DNA of 64,000 nucleotides, taken from Leidyana gryllorum EB-2025a (lineage: Eukaryota; Protista; Apicomplexa). The notes under the pieces were generated by a model that saw only the letters and a program-made list of their open reading frames with translations, made no database searches and was not told where the DNA came from. The stretch spans positions 39,025 to 103,024 of the forward strand of contig JBLWGC010000201.1 in assembly GCA_048772705.1 (NCBI GenBank), in the 5' to 3' direction. Within the stretch, counting starts at the first letter, position 1, and each line of letters begins with the position of its first letter. Shown here in pieces: positions 11,960 to 23,876 of the stretch. Made by a program: the position numbers and the translations under genes.

Positions 11960-13755
11960 CTACACTCCTCCCCCTATGCGAAGATCGTCTCCGCGTAATT
12001 CCGCTTCCGTGAAGGGTATCGCGTTTCTCCTGGTGTTCCACTCGGCTCGATAGTGCAGAATGAGATCCAGAGCGTCTGCATTCAGTACCGATTCGACTGG
12101 TTCCCACGTCGCCTGTTCGCGCGGGTACCCCTGCCATTGTATCAGGAAAGACATGCCTCTGTTGTCCACTCTCTGAGCCAAGACCTTCTCCATAATGAAT
12201 AGTTCCGCTTCGCTCTCAGGTGGACGTCCGTGGAAAGGTTTCAATCTGGATATGTGGAATTTCCTCAGGCCTTTCCATTCGTCAGGCATCTGTAATTCGT
12301 AGACATCAGCAGGGAGCGATGCTAGTACTTGCATAGGCCCCAAATACGTCTTGGACAGTTTCCCGCTGGGTGCTCCTTTCAGGCCCTCTGCCTTTAGCAG
12401 GACCCAGTCGCCTCTCTCGTACCTCTGCTCCCTGTGACGTTTGTCGTAGTATTCCTTCTGGCGGTCTTGTGCTGCTTTTATTCTGTCCTGGATCTGAGTT
12501 ATGGTTTCGGTGTGTAGTCCGACGGCGGCTAGGTCGTGATCGAAACCCAAGGTTAGCGGAATTCTTGGGATGTAGCCTCGCTCCGCTTGGAACGGTGAGA
12601 TCTGGGTAGCTGAACATGGCATCGAGTTATAGGCGAACTCTACTGCGGGCAATTTCTCAACCCACTTCGGCGCCACTTGCTCCGCAAGTGTTCGCATGAT
12701 TTGTAGTATTGTTCGATGGGCTCGTTCCAGAAGTCCGTTGGTTTGTGGATGGCCCCTCGTACTCGCCTTCAGCTTAGTTCCGGCTGCTGTCAGCATTTCG
12801 GTCCACAGCTCACTCAGCCATCTAGCATCCCGATCCGACACTATCGCTTGAGGGAATCCGTGGTCACGGACCAGTCTCTTCATAACTATCTTGGCACAGT
12901 CTTTCGCCGAAGCTGTGTGGTGGCACGGTTCTAGCAACACCCTTCTGGTCAGTCTGTCGATGAAAGTCATGATGCAGTCCTCCCCGGTTTCTGGGTCTCT
13001 TGGCATTTTCAGAAGGTCAATTGACACTTCTGCCCAAGGGTGTGTCGGCGGTTTAATCGGATTGAGTAGGCCCGGCGGCCGGGTGGTGCGCGCCTTTGCT
13101 TTCTGACACTCGATGCACTGTTGGCAATAAACGCGGACATCTTCCGTTACGCCTGGCCAATTGAAATTGGCCCTGACCTTGAGCAAGGTCTTCTCGTGGC
13201 TCAGGTGCCCTGCCAACGGTGAGTTATGGTTTTCCTCAATGACGAGCATCCTGAGGTTGTCCCTTCCCGGGACGAATATCCTTCGAAACTGGTCGTACAG
13301 GATTCCCTCCACCAGGCCATACCCTTCCGGAGGCTGTGTGATCTCCGCCGTTGCTCTCTTCAGCCGCGCTGAGAATTCCGTTCCATTAGTCTCTATCATT
13401 GAGATGAAAGCTCGGCAGGTGTCTTGAATTGCTCCCGCTCTACTGAGCAAGTCTGCCAAGTCATTGTCTTTGCCTGCAATGTGGTCGATCCGGGCGGGAA
13501 ATTGAGAAATCTTGACAAGCCACCTCACGACTTTGGGCCGGAGGGCTTCGGCGCCAGCTGTCAAAACCACCAACGGTTTGTGATCTGTGTGAACAAAGAA
13601 TTCTCGGCTCAACAGGTGGTGTTTCCACCGTTTGAGGGCGACCAGAATGGCCCATAGTTCCCTCTCATGTACCGCCCAGTTCCTCTGTGTGGCATTCAGC
13701 TTGGTACTAAAATGCTCCAAAATTTCTCGGCGGTCTTTCGTCCACTGTTCCAGCG
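11960..13755 (-). pseudogene. pol: Gy-D pol 3' fragment (RH end, INT, chromodomain)
   Basis: Near-identical to the C-terminal half of the 19472-22831 Pol. Confidence 0.9.
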
Positions 13756-16700
13756 GCCGTACACTTGCGGAGAATCACAGAAAGCGGAGATGAAACGGCA
13801 GATTGAAGAATTACTTGAACAAGACAAGATAACGCCATCAAAATCGGAATGGGGGGCACCCTGTTTTCTAGTACCAAAGAATATACACCCATTCGAAGCG
13901 ATCATTGGGATACAAGCCATCCGCGACTTGCGCATAGCAATAGGAACCAACAAAGAGGGACAGCTCACCATTCTGGAGCGGGTGTGTTTAGAAGGACTGG
14001 CCCCACCGGAGCAGATGCTCCAGGTATGCACAGCAACGGCCCAAACGATACAAATACCACTGGAAGAAGAGTGGGTGATCAGGAAATACGCATGCCTTTT
14101 CAAGAACAATGACAGACCACCCCCGGACAGAGGTTTCTTCAACTTTGAGATCAAACTCAAGGACCATGCAATACCCCATTTCCAGCGGCCGTACACTTGC
14201 GGAGAATCACAGAAAGCGGAGATGAAACGGCAGATTGAAGAATTACTTGAACAAGACAAGATAACGCCATCAAAATCGGAATGGGGGGCACCCTGTTTTC
14301 TAGTACCAAAGAAAGACACCCCCATTCCGAGATTGGTCATCAATTATAAGGCCCTCAATGACCAAACAGTACCGTATGCATATCCCATTCCCCGAGCTGA
14401 CCTCACACCTCCAGCACTCAGAGGGGCGAAGATCTTCTCCAAACTAGATCTTCAATCGGGCTATCATCAAATACCCATCATAGAGGAATACAGACACCTC
14501 ACAGCGTTCTCATCTTGCATAGGCAAATATGAATGGAAGGTGCTTCCATTCGGACTCCGCAACGCGCCACCCGCCTTTGTGGCGTTCATGGAACACATAC
14601 TGGAGCCACTGATCGGCCGATGTGTCACTGCATATGTCGACGACATCCTTGTTTACAGTCCCACTATAGAACAGCACCGAGAGGACATCAATCAAGTCTT
14701 AGAGATTCTGGCCAACCACCAGTTGTTCATACACCCACGAAAATCTAGCTTTTTCCTCACAGAAGTCGACTTCGTGGGGCAATTCCTAGACCAGAGGGGC
14801 CTACATCCAAACCAAGAGAAACAGAACCAACTCCGCGACTTACCACAACCCAAAACGATGGCTGAACTTAGACGGGTGCTCGGAGCGATGACGTATTACT
14901 CCCGCTATATTCCCAAATTCGCGGAACTAGCGGCTCCTATGCACGCTCTCATCAACCAGTACAGCAAGAAGAATGAACGACTCGAGTGGACCGACATCAC
15001 GAATCAAGGCTGGGCCGACTTAAAGAATGCATTTGGTGCTGACTTGACCCTTGGGGTGATTGACGATAGCTTACCATTTCACGTCACAACGGATGCGAGC
15101 GATATCGCAGTGGGCGGCACGCTGGAACAGTGGACGAAAGACCGCCGAGAAATTTTGGAGCATTTTAGTACCAAGCTGAATGCCACACAGAAGAACTGGG
15201 CGGTACATGAGAGGGAACTATGGGCCATTCTGGTCGCCCTTAAACGGTGGAAACACCACCTGTTGAGCCGAGAATTCTTTGTTCACACAGATCACAAACC
15301 GTTGGTGGTTTTGACAGCTGGCTCCGAAGCCCTCCGGCCCAAAGTCGTGAGGTGGCTTGTCAAGATTTCTCAATTTCCCGCCCGGATCGACCACATTGCA
15401 GGCAAAGACAATGACTTGGCAGACTTGCTCAGTAGAGCGGGAGCAATTCAAGACACCTGCCGAGCTTTCATCTCAATGATAGAGACTAATGGAACGGAAT
15501 TCTCAGCGCGGCTGAAGAGAGCAACGGCGGAGATCACACAGCCTCCGGAAGGGTATGGCCTGGTGGAGGGAATCCTGTACGACCAGTTTCGAAGGATATT
15601 CGTCCCGGGAAGGGACAACCTTAGGATGCTCGTCATTGAGGAAAACCATAACTCACCGTTGGCAGGGCACCTGAGCCACGAGAAGACCTTGCTCAAGGTC
15701 AGGGCCAATTTCAATTGGCCAGGCGTAACGGAAGATGTCCGCGTTTATTGCCAACAGTGCATCGAGTGTCAGAAAGCAAAGGCGCGCACCACCCGGCCGC
15801 CGGGCCTACTCAATCCGATTAAACCGCCGACACACCCTTGGGCAGAAGTGTCAATTGACCTTCTGAAAATGCCAAGAGACCCAGAAACCGGGGAGGACTG
15901 CATCATGACTTTCATCGACAGACTGACCAGAAGGGTGTTGCTAGAACCGTGCCACCACACAGCTTCGGCGAAAGACTGTGCCAAGATAGTTATGAAGAGA
16001 CTGGTCCGTGACCACGGATTCCCTCAAGCGATAGTGTCGGATCGGGATGCTAGATGGCTGAGTGAGCTGTGGACCGAAATGCTGACAGCAGCCGGAACTA
16101 AGCTGAAGGCGAGTACGAGGGGCCATCCACAAACCAACGGACTTCTGGAACGAGCCCATCGAACAATACTACAAATCATGCGAACACTTGCGGAGCAAGT
16201 GGCGCCGAAGTGGGTTGAGAAATTGCCCGCAGTAGAGTTCGCCTATAACTCGATGCCATGTTCAGCTACCCAGATCTCACCGTTCCAAGCGGAGCGAGGC
16301 TACATCCCAAGAATTCCGCTAACCTTGGGTTTCGATCACGACCTAGCCGCCGTCGGACTACACACCGAAACCATAACTCAGATCCAGGACAGAATAAAAG
16401 CAGCACAAGACCGCCAGAAGGAATACTACGACAAACGTCACAGGGAGCAGAGGTACGAGAGAGGCGACTGGGTCCTGCTAAAGGCAGAGGGCCTGAAAGG
16501 AGCACCCAGCGGGAAACTGTCCAAGACGTATTTGGGGCCTATGCAAGTACTAGCATCGCTCCCTGCTGATGTCTACGAATTACAGATGCCTGACGAATGG
16601 AAAGGCCTGAGGAAATTCCACATATCCAGATTGAAACCTTTCCACGGACGTCCACCTGAGAGCGAAGCGGAACTATTCATTATGGAGAAGGTCTTGGCTC

Positions 16701-16915
16701 AGAGAGTGGACAACAGAGGCATGTCTTTCCTGATACAATGGCAGGGGTACCCGCGCGAACAGGCGACGTGGGAACCAGTCGAATCGGTACTGAATGCAGA
16801 CGCTCTGGATCTCATTCTGCACTATCGAGCCGAGTGGAACACCAGGAGAAACGCGATACCCTTCACGGAAGCGGAATTACGCGGAGACGATCTTCGCATA
16901 GGGGGAGGAGTGTAG
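13748..16915 (+). pseudogene. pol: Gy-D pol, 5'-rearranged copy (duplicated RT start, PR end, RT-RH-INT-CHD)
   Basis: 1082-aa ORF with an internal repeat of FQRPYTC...LVPK; YVDD. Confidence 0.88.
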
Positions 16916-17150
16916 ACCTTACCTTAACAACACGTGTACCCTTTTTTATGGTTCATGCAGACCGGCACAACTACCGGTGTCTCCGGAAACACGGGGAGAC
17001 ACGGGGGTGACAAACACGCGCGCTTACCGAAATAGATCATGACTGTTACTACGAGAAGAACGACTAGATCTGGGGTTATTCCCAAGGCACTTACCCAGAA
17101 AGCCAAGAAGGCAACCGGCTTACCTCCTCCGGGGACCCAATGCACTTACA
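16911..17150 (+). repeat. Gy-D internal LTR flanked by both PPT and PBS
   Basis: AGGGGGAGGAG|TGTAG...TTACA|C|TGGTAGCAGTG. Confidence 0.95.
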
Positions 17151-17965
17151 CTGGTAGCAGTGAACCAGATACGATGGACCCAGACAATCACCAGACCAAC
17201 TCAGATACCTACTTTTATGACCTAGCCAGGGACATAAAGTTGGTAACCCAGCTCACCGGCTCCTTCACCGGCAGTCAGAACCCCCGAACGCACTTGGACA
17301 ATCTCACGGCAGCGTTCGACACACTAGAAATCACATCGACCAACCGCACACGAATTGCTTGCGGTACCCTTCGGGACTCGGCAGCCAGATGGCTTAACAC
17401 AGCTAGCGAACAATCGGATGTTAGACAATACCCATGGGCGTTGTTCCAAGAGGTTTTTGTACAGGAATTCGGAACCGCAGTGCGTTCGGATATCGAGGAA
17501 CTAATGGACTTACGAGGATCAGCAGACAACTTGATTGGCTACACCCAACGCTTTCGAGAACTTAGACGGGGCCTCAGCAACTTCGACCAACAACAGCTAC
17601 TCAGGGTCATTCGCAGAGGAGTGCCGGCCGACATTCGGGATATGATCATGTGCCGGAACCCCCAGACGTCGGATGAGGCGCTAGAATTCATAGCAGAAGT
17701 GGGGCGAGAGAGGCGAGCGAGCACAAGCAACGTGACACGAGCCTTACCAGCGAGGACTAGGGGAGTCGGACACAGAAACCCGCACACGAGAGAACACTGT
17801 CAACGGAATGGACTTTGTTACACGTGCGGAGAAGCGGGGCATATCGCACCCAAGTGCCCTCACCGCACCAGACAAGCAACTCCGAAGCCATCACACAGGC
17901 GAGCGTACCCAGCCCAAGCAGAGGATCGGGCGGAAGAATCACCTCGCAGCGAGCAGGATTTTTGA
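17039..17965 (+). CDS. gag: Gy-D Gag (plus-strand copy)
   Basis: Same 308 aa as 22822-23748; CYTCGEAGHIAPKC. Confidence 0.9.
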   Translation: MTVTTRRTTRSGVIPKALTQKAKKATGLPPPGTQCTYTGSSEPDTMDPDNHQTNSDTYFYDLARDIKLVTQLTGSFTGSQNPRTHLDNLTAAFDTLEITSTNRTRIACGTLRDSAARWLNTASEQSDVRQYPWALFQEVFVQEFGTAVRSDIEELMDLRGSADNLIGYTQRFRELRRGLSNFDQQQLLRVIRRGVPADIRDMIMCRNPQTSDEALEFIAEVGRERRASTSNVTRALPARTRGVGHRNPHTREHCQRNGLCYTCGEAGHIAPKCPHRTRQATPKPSHRRAYPAQAEDRAEESPRSEQDF

Positions 17966-19234
17966 TACAAGCCCTGGCAACGGAGCCGGGGCGAGGACAA
18001 GAAACAACAACGGTGTTTAAGGTGGGATCACAAACTCGAGCCGCAGTGAGGTGGACGGTGGTGAGAGAGAACAGAGCCACCCCAGTACTCTGTCTGATCG
18101 ATTCTGGAGCCGACATCAACATCATGGACACCCGAGTATGCGAGAGACTTCACCTGGACTTGGACACGGCGGACAAACCACGAATCGAAGGCATTGGTGA
18201 GCAGCGGGCCAAAGGAAGTTGCTCAGCCACTATCCAGACGCACGGCCAACAAACGCACCATCTCAAATTTCTGGTAGCGGATATACACCCATTCGAAGCG
18301 ATCATTGGGATACAAGCCATCCGCGACTTGCGCATAGCAATAGGAACCAACAAAGAGGGACAGCTCACCATTCTGGAGCGGGTGTGTTTAGAAGGACTGG
18401 CCCCACCGGAGCAGATGCTCCAGGTATGCACAGCAACGGCCAAACGATACAAATACCACTGGAAGAAGAGTGGGTGATCAGGAAATACGCATGCCTTTTC
18501 AAAGAACAATGACAGACCACCCCCGGACAGAGGTTTCTTCAACTTTGAGATCAAACTCAAGGACCATGCAATACCCCATTTCCAGCGGCCGTACACTTGC
18601 GGAGAATCACAGAAAGCGGAGATGAAACGGCAGATTGAAGAATTACTTGAACAAGACAAGATAACGCCATCAAAATCGGAATGGGGGGCACCCTGTTTTC
18701 TAGTACCAAAGAAAGACACCCCCATTCCGAGATTGGTCATCAATTATAAGGCCCTCAATGACCAAACAGTACCGTATGCATATCCCAGTCCCCGAGCTGA
18801 CCTCACAGCTCCAGCACTCAGAGGGGCGAAGATCTTCTCCAAACTAGATCTTCAATCGGGCTATCATCAAATACCCATCATAGAGGAATACAGACACCTC
18901 ACAGCGTTCTCATCTTGCATAGGCAAATATGAATGGAAGGTGCTTCCATTCGGACTCCGCAACGCGCCACCCGCCTTTGTGGCGTTCATGGAACACATAC
19001 TGGAGCCACTGATCGGCCGATGTGTCACTGCATATGTCGACGACATCCTTGTTTACAGTCCCACTATAGAACAGCACCGAGAGGACATCAATCAAGTCTT
19101 AGAGATTCTGGCCAACCACCAGTTGTTCATACACCCACGAAAATCTAGCTTTTTCCTCACAGAAGTCGACTTCGTGGGGCAATTCCTAGACCAGAGGGGC
19201 CTACATCCAAACCAAGAGAAACAGAACCAACTCC
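17956..19234 (+). pseudogene. pol: Gy-D pol 5' fragment (PR, RT) with two 1-bp indels, truncated at the inversion junction
   Basis: LIDSGAD, YVDD; indels near 18440 and 18501 relative to the other copies. Confidence 0.88.
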
Positions 19235-19471
19235 AGTGTAAGTGCATTGGGTCCCCGGAGGAGGTAAGCCGGTTGCCTTCTTGGCTTTCTGGGTAAGTGC
19301 CTTGGGAATAACCCCAGATCTAGTCGTTCTTCTCGTAGTAACAGTCATGATCTATTTCGGTAAGCGCGCGTGTTTGTCACCCCCGTGTCTCCCCGTGTTT
19401 CCGGAGACACCGGTAGTTGTGCCGGTCTGCATGAACCATAAAAAAGGGTACACGTGTTGTTAAGGTAAGGT

Positions 19472-22400
19472 CTACACTCCTCCCCCTATGCGAAGATCGT
19501 CTCCGCGTAATTCCGCTTCCGTGAAGGGTATCGCGTTTCTCCTGGTGTTCCACTCGGCTCGATAGTGCAGAATGAGATCCAGAGCGTCTGCATTCAGTAC
19601 CGATTCGACTGGTTCCCACGTCGCCTGTTCGCGCGGGTACCCCTGCCATTGTATCAGGAAAGACATGCCTCTGTTGTCCACTCTCTGAGCCAAGACCTTC
19701 TCCATAATGAATAGTTCCGCTTCGCTCTCAGGTGGACGTCCGTGGAAAGGTTTCAATCTGGATATGTGGAATTTCCTCAGGCCTTTCCATTCGTCAGGCA
19801 TCTGTAATTCGTAGACATCAGCAGGGAGCGATGCTAGTACTTGCATAGGCCCCAAATACGTCTTGGACAGTTTCCCGCTGGGTGCTCCTTTCAGGCCCTC
19901 TGCCTTTAGCAGGACCCAGTCGCCTCTCTCGTACCTCTGCTCCCTGTGACGTTTGTCGTAGTATTCCTTCTGGCGGTCTTGTGCTGCTTTTATTCTGTCC
20001 TGGATCTGAGTTATGGTTTCGGTGTGTAGTCCGACGGCGGCTAGGTCGTGATCGAAACCCAAGGTTAGCGGAATTCTTGGGATGTAGCCTCGCTCCGCTT
20101 GGAACGGTGAGATCTGGGTAGCTGAACATGGCATCGAGTTATAGGCGAACTCTACTGCGGGCAATTTCTCAACCCACTTCGGCGCCACTTGCTCCGCAAG
20201 TGTTCGCATGATTTGTAGTATTGTTCGATGGGCTCGTTCCAGAAGTCCGTTGGTTTGTGGATGGCCCCTCGTACTCGCCTTCAGCTTAGTTCCGGCTGCT
20301 GTCAGCATTTCGGTCCACAGCTCACTCAGCCATCTAGCATCCCGATCCGACACTATCGCTTGAGGGAATCCGTGGTCACGGACCAGTCTCTTCATAACTA
20401 TCTTGGCACAGTCTTTCGCCGAAGCTGTGTGGTGGCACGGTTCTAGCAACACCCTTCTGGTCAGTCTGTCGATGAAAGTCATGATGCAGTCCTCCCCGGT
20501 TTCTGGGTCTCTTGGCATTTTCAGAAGGTCAATTGACACTTCTGCCCAAGGGTGTGTCGGCGGTTTAATCGGATTGAGTAGGCCCGGCGGCCGGGTGGTG
20601 CGCGCCTTTGCTTTCTGACACTCGATGCACTGTTGGCAATAAACGCGGACATCTTCCGTTACGCCTGGCCAATTGAAATTGGCCCTGACCTTGAGCAAGG
20701 TCTTCTCGTGGCTCAGGTGCCCTGCCAACGGTGAGTTATGGTTTTCCTCAATGACGAGCATCCTGAGGTTGTCCCTTCCCGGGACGAATATCCTTCGAAA
20801 CTGGTCGTACAGGATTCCCTCCACCAGGCCATACCCTTCCGGAGGCTGTGTGATCTCCGCCGTTGCTCTCTTCAGCCGCGCTGGGAATTCCGTTCCATTA
20901 GTCTCTATCATTGAGATGAAAGCTCGGCAGGTGTCTTGAATTGCTCCCGCTCTACTGAGCAAGTCTGCCAAGTCATTGTCTTTGCCTGCAATGTGGTCGA
21001 TCCGGGCGGGAAATTGAGAAATCTTGACAAGCCACCTCACGACTTTGGGCCGGAGGGCTTCGGAGCCAGCTGTCAAAACCACCAACGGTTTGTGATCTGT
21101 GTGAACAAAGAATTCTCGGCTCAACAGGTGGTGTTTCCACCGTTTGAGGGCGACCAGAATGGCCCATAGTTCCCTCTCATGTACCGCCCAGTTCCTCTGT
21201 GTGGCATTCAGCTTGGTACTAAAATGCTCCAAAATTTCTCGGCGGTCTTTCGTCCACTGTTCCAGCGTGCCGCCCACTGCGATATCGCTCGCATCCGTTG
21301 TGACGTGAAATGGTAAGCTATCGTCAATCACCCCAAGGGTCAAGTCAGCACCAAATGCATTCTTTAAGTCGGCCCAGCCTTGATTCGTGATGTCGGTCCA
21401 CTCGAGTCGTTCATTCTTCTTGCTGTACTGGTTGATGAGAGCGTGCATAGGAGCCGCTAGTTCCGCGAATTTGGGAATATAGCGGGAGTAATACGTCATC
21501 GCTCCGAGCACCCGTCTAAGTTCCCCCATCGTTTTGGGTTGTGGTAAGTCGCGGAGTTGGTTCTGTTTCTCTTGGTTTGGATGTAGGCCCCTCTGGTCTA
21601 GGAATTGCCCCACGAAGTCGACTTCTGTGAGGAAAAAGCTAGATTTTCGTGGGTGTATGAACAACTGGTGGTTGGCCAGAATCTCTAAGACTTGATTGAT
21701 GTCCTCTCGGTGCTGTTCTATAGTGGGACTGTAAACAAGGATGTCGTCGACATATGCAGTGACACATCGGCCGATCAGTGGCTCCAGTATGTGTTCCATG
21801 AACGCCACAAAGGCGGGTGGCGCGTTGCGGAGTCCGAATGGAAGCACCTTCCATTCATATTTGCCTATGCAAGATGAGAACGCTGTGAGGTGTCTGTATT
21901 CCTCTATGATGGGTATTTGATGATAGCCCGATTGAAGATCTAGTTTGGAGAAGATCTTCGCCCCTCTGAGTGCTGGAGCTGTGAGGTCAGCTCGGGGAAT
22001 GGGATATGCATACGGTACTGTTTGGTCATTGAGGGCCTTATAATTGATGACCAATCTCGGAATGGGGGTGTCTTTCTTTGGTACTAGAAAACAGGGTGCC
22101 CCCCATTCCGATTTTGATGGCGTTATCTTGTCTTGTTCAAGTAATTCTTCAATCTGCCGTTTCATCTCCGCTTTCTGTGATTCTCCGCAAGTGTACGGCC
22201 GCTGGAAATGGGGTATTGCATGGTCCTTGAGTTTGATCTCAAAGTTGAAGAAACCTCTGTCCGGGGGTGGTCTGTCATTGTTCTTGAAAAGGCATGCGTA
22301 TTTCCTGATCACCCACTCTTCTTCCAGTGGTATTTGTATCGTTTGGGCCGTTGCTGTGCATACCTGGAGCATCTGCTCCGGTGGGGCCAGTCCTTCTAAA

Positions 22401-22831
22401 CACACCCGCTCCAGAATGGTGAGCTGTCCCTCTTTGTTGGTTCCTATTGCTATGCGCAAGTCGCGGATGGCTTGTATCCCAATGATCGCTTCGAATGGGT
22501 GTATATCCGCTACCAGAAATTTGAGATGGTGCGTTTGTTGGCCGTGCGTCTGGATAGTGGCTGAGCAACTTCCTTTGGCCCGCTGCTCACCAATGCCTTC
22601 GATTCGTGGTTTGTCCGCCGTGTCCAAGTCCAGGTGAAGTCTCTCGCATACTCGGGTGTCCATGATGTTGATGTCGGCTCCAGAATCGATCAGACAGAGT
22701 ACTGGGGTGGCTCTGTTCTCTCTCACCACCGTCCACCTCACTGCGGCTCGAGTTTGTGATCCCACCTTAAACACCGTTGTTGTTTCTTGTCCTCGCCCCG
22801 GCTCCGTTGCCAGGGCTTGTATCAAAAATCC
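19472..22831 (-). CDS. pol: Gy-D Pol (PR-RT-RH-INT-chromodomain)
   Basis: LIDSGAD, YVDD, TDASDIAVGG, HHCC, QTNGLLER, YLGPM, FLIQWQGY..TWEP. The start is set at the slip site. Confidence 0.94.
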   Translation of the reverse strand, partial: GFLIQALATEPGRGQETTTVFKVGSQTRAAVRWTVVRENRATPVLCLIDSGADINIMDTRVCERLHLDLDTADKPRIEGIGEQRAKGSCSATIQTHGQQTHHLKFLVADIHPFEAIIGIQAIRDLRIAIGTNKEGQLTILERVCLEGLAPPEQMLQVCTATAQTIQIPLEEEWVIRKYACLFKNNDRPPPDRGFFNFEIKLKDHAIPHFQRPYTCGESQKAEMKRQIEELLEQDKITPSKSEWGAPCFLVPKKDTPIPRLVINYKALNDQTVPYAYPIPRADLTAPALRGAKIFSKLDLQSGYHQIPIIEEYRHLTAFSSCIGKYEWKVLPFGLRNAPPAFVAFMEHILEPLIGRCVTAYVDDILVYSPTIEQHREDINQVLEILANHQLFIHPRKSSFFLTEVDFVGQFLDQRGLHPNQEKQNQLRDLPQPKTMGELRRVLGAMTYYSRYIPKFAELAAPMHALINQYSKKNERLEWTDITNQGWADLKNAFGADLTLGVIDDSLPFHVTTDASDIAVGGTLEQWTKDRREILEHFSTKLNATQRNWAVHERELWAILVALKRWKHHLLSREFFVHTDHKPLVVLTAGSEALRPKVVRWLVKISQFPARIDHIAGKDNDLADLLSRAGAIQDTCRAFISMIETNGTEFPARLKRATAEITQPPEGYGLVEGILYDQFRRIFVPGRDNLRMLVIEENHNSPLAGHLSHEKTLLKVRANFNWPGVTEDVRVYCQQCIECQKAKARTTRPPGLLNPIKPPTHPWAEVSIDLLKMPRDPETGEDCIMTFIDRLTRRVLLEPCHHTASAKDCAKIVMKRLVRDHGFPQAIVSDRDARWLSELWTEMLTAAGTKLKASTRGHPQTNGLLERAHRTILQIMRTLAEQVAPKWVEKLPAVEFAYNSMPCSATQISPFQAERGYIPRIPLTLGFDHDLAAVGLHTETITQIQDRIKAAQDRQKEYYDKRHREQRYERGDWVLLKAEGLKGAPSGKLSKTYLGPMQVLASLPADVYELQMPDEWKGLRKFHISRLKPFHGRPPESEAELFIMEKVLAQRVDNRGMSFLIQWQGYPREQATWEPVESVLNADALDLILHYRAEWNTRRNAIPFTEAELRGDDLRIGGGV

Positions 22832-23748
22832 TGCTCGCTCCGAGGTGATTCTTCCGCCCGATCCTCTGCTTGGGCTGGGTACGCTCGCCTGTGTGATGGC
22901 TTCGGAGTTGCTTGTCTGGTGCGGTGAGGGCACTTGGGTGCGATATGCCCCGCTTCTCCGCACGTGTAACAAAGTCCATTCCGTTGACAGTGTTCTCTCG
23001 TGTGCGGGTTTCTGTGTCCGACTCCCCTAGTCCTCGCTGGTAAGGCTCGTGTCACGTTGCTTGTGCTCGCTCGCCTCTCTCGCCCCACTTCTGCTATGAA
23101 TTCTAGCGCCTCATCCGACGTCTGGGGGTTCCGGCACATGATCATATCCCGAATGTCGGCCGGCACTCCTCTGCGAATGACCCTGAGTAGCTGTTGTTGG
23201 TCGAAGTTGCTGAGGCCCCGTCTAAGTTCTCGAAAGCGTTGGGTGTAGCCAATCAAGTTGTCTGCTGATCCTCGTAAGTCCATTAGTTCCTCGATATCCG
23301 AACGCACTGCGGTTCCGAATTCCTGTACAAAAACCTCTTGGAACAACGCCCATGGGTATTGTCTAACATCCGATTGTTCGCTAGCTGTGTTAAGCCATCT
23401 GGCTGCCGAGTCCCGAAGGGTACCGCAAGCAATTCGTGTGCGGTTGGTCGATGTGATTTCTAGTGTGTCGAACGCTGCCGTGAGATTGTCCAAGTGCGTT
23501 CGGGGGTTCTGACTGCCGGTGAAGGAGCCGGTGAGCTGGGTTACCAACTTTATGTCCCTGGCTAGGTCATAAAAGTAGGTATCTGAGTTGGTCTGGTGAT
23601 TGTCTGGGTCCATCGTATCTGGTTCACTGCTACCAGTGTAAGTGCATTGGGTCCCCGGAGGAGGTAAGCCGGTTGCCTTCTTGGCTTTCTGGGTAAGTGC
23701 CTTGGGAATAACCCCAGATCTAGTCGTTCTTCTCGTAGTAACAGTCAT
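22822..23748 (-). CDS. gag: Gy-D Gag
   Basis: LRDSAARW; CCHC knuckle. Confidence 0.92.
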   Translation of the reverse strand: MTVTTRRTTRSGVIPKALTQKAKKATGLPPPGTQCTYTGSSEPDTMDPDNHQTNSDTYFYDLARDIKLVTQLTGSFTGSQNPRTHLDNLTAAFDTLEITSTNRTRIACGTLRDSAARWLNTASEQSDVRQYPWALFQEVFVQEFGTAVRSDIEELMDLRGSADNLIGYTQRFRELRRGLSNFDQQQLLRVIRRGVPADIRDMIMCRNPQTSDEALEFIAEVGRERRASTSNVTRALPARTRGVGHRNPHTREHCQRNGLCYTCGEAGHIAPKCPHRTRQATPKPSHRRAYPAQAEDRAEESPRSEQDF

Positions 23749-23876
23749 GATCTATTTCGGTAAGCGCGCGTGTTTGTCACCCCCGTGTCTCCCCGTGTTT
23801 CCGGACACACCGGTAGTTGTGCCGGTCTGCATGAACCATAAAAAAGGGTACACGTGTTGTTAAGGTAAGGTCTACA

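Larger units (their letters stand above)
11725..23876 (-). mobile_element. Gy-D rearranged block (four 240-bp LTRs, inverted internal triplication) inserted in the Gy-C integrase
   Basis: Flanked by ggaaag/ggaaag. LTRs at 11725-11964(-), 16911-17150(+), 19237-19476(-) and 23637-23876(-). Confidence 0.9.
19237..23876 (-). mobile_element. Gy-D full-length copy (4640 bp) with intact gag and pol
   Basis: Two LTRs, PBS, PPT and uninterrupted ORFs. Confidence 0.95.
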
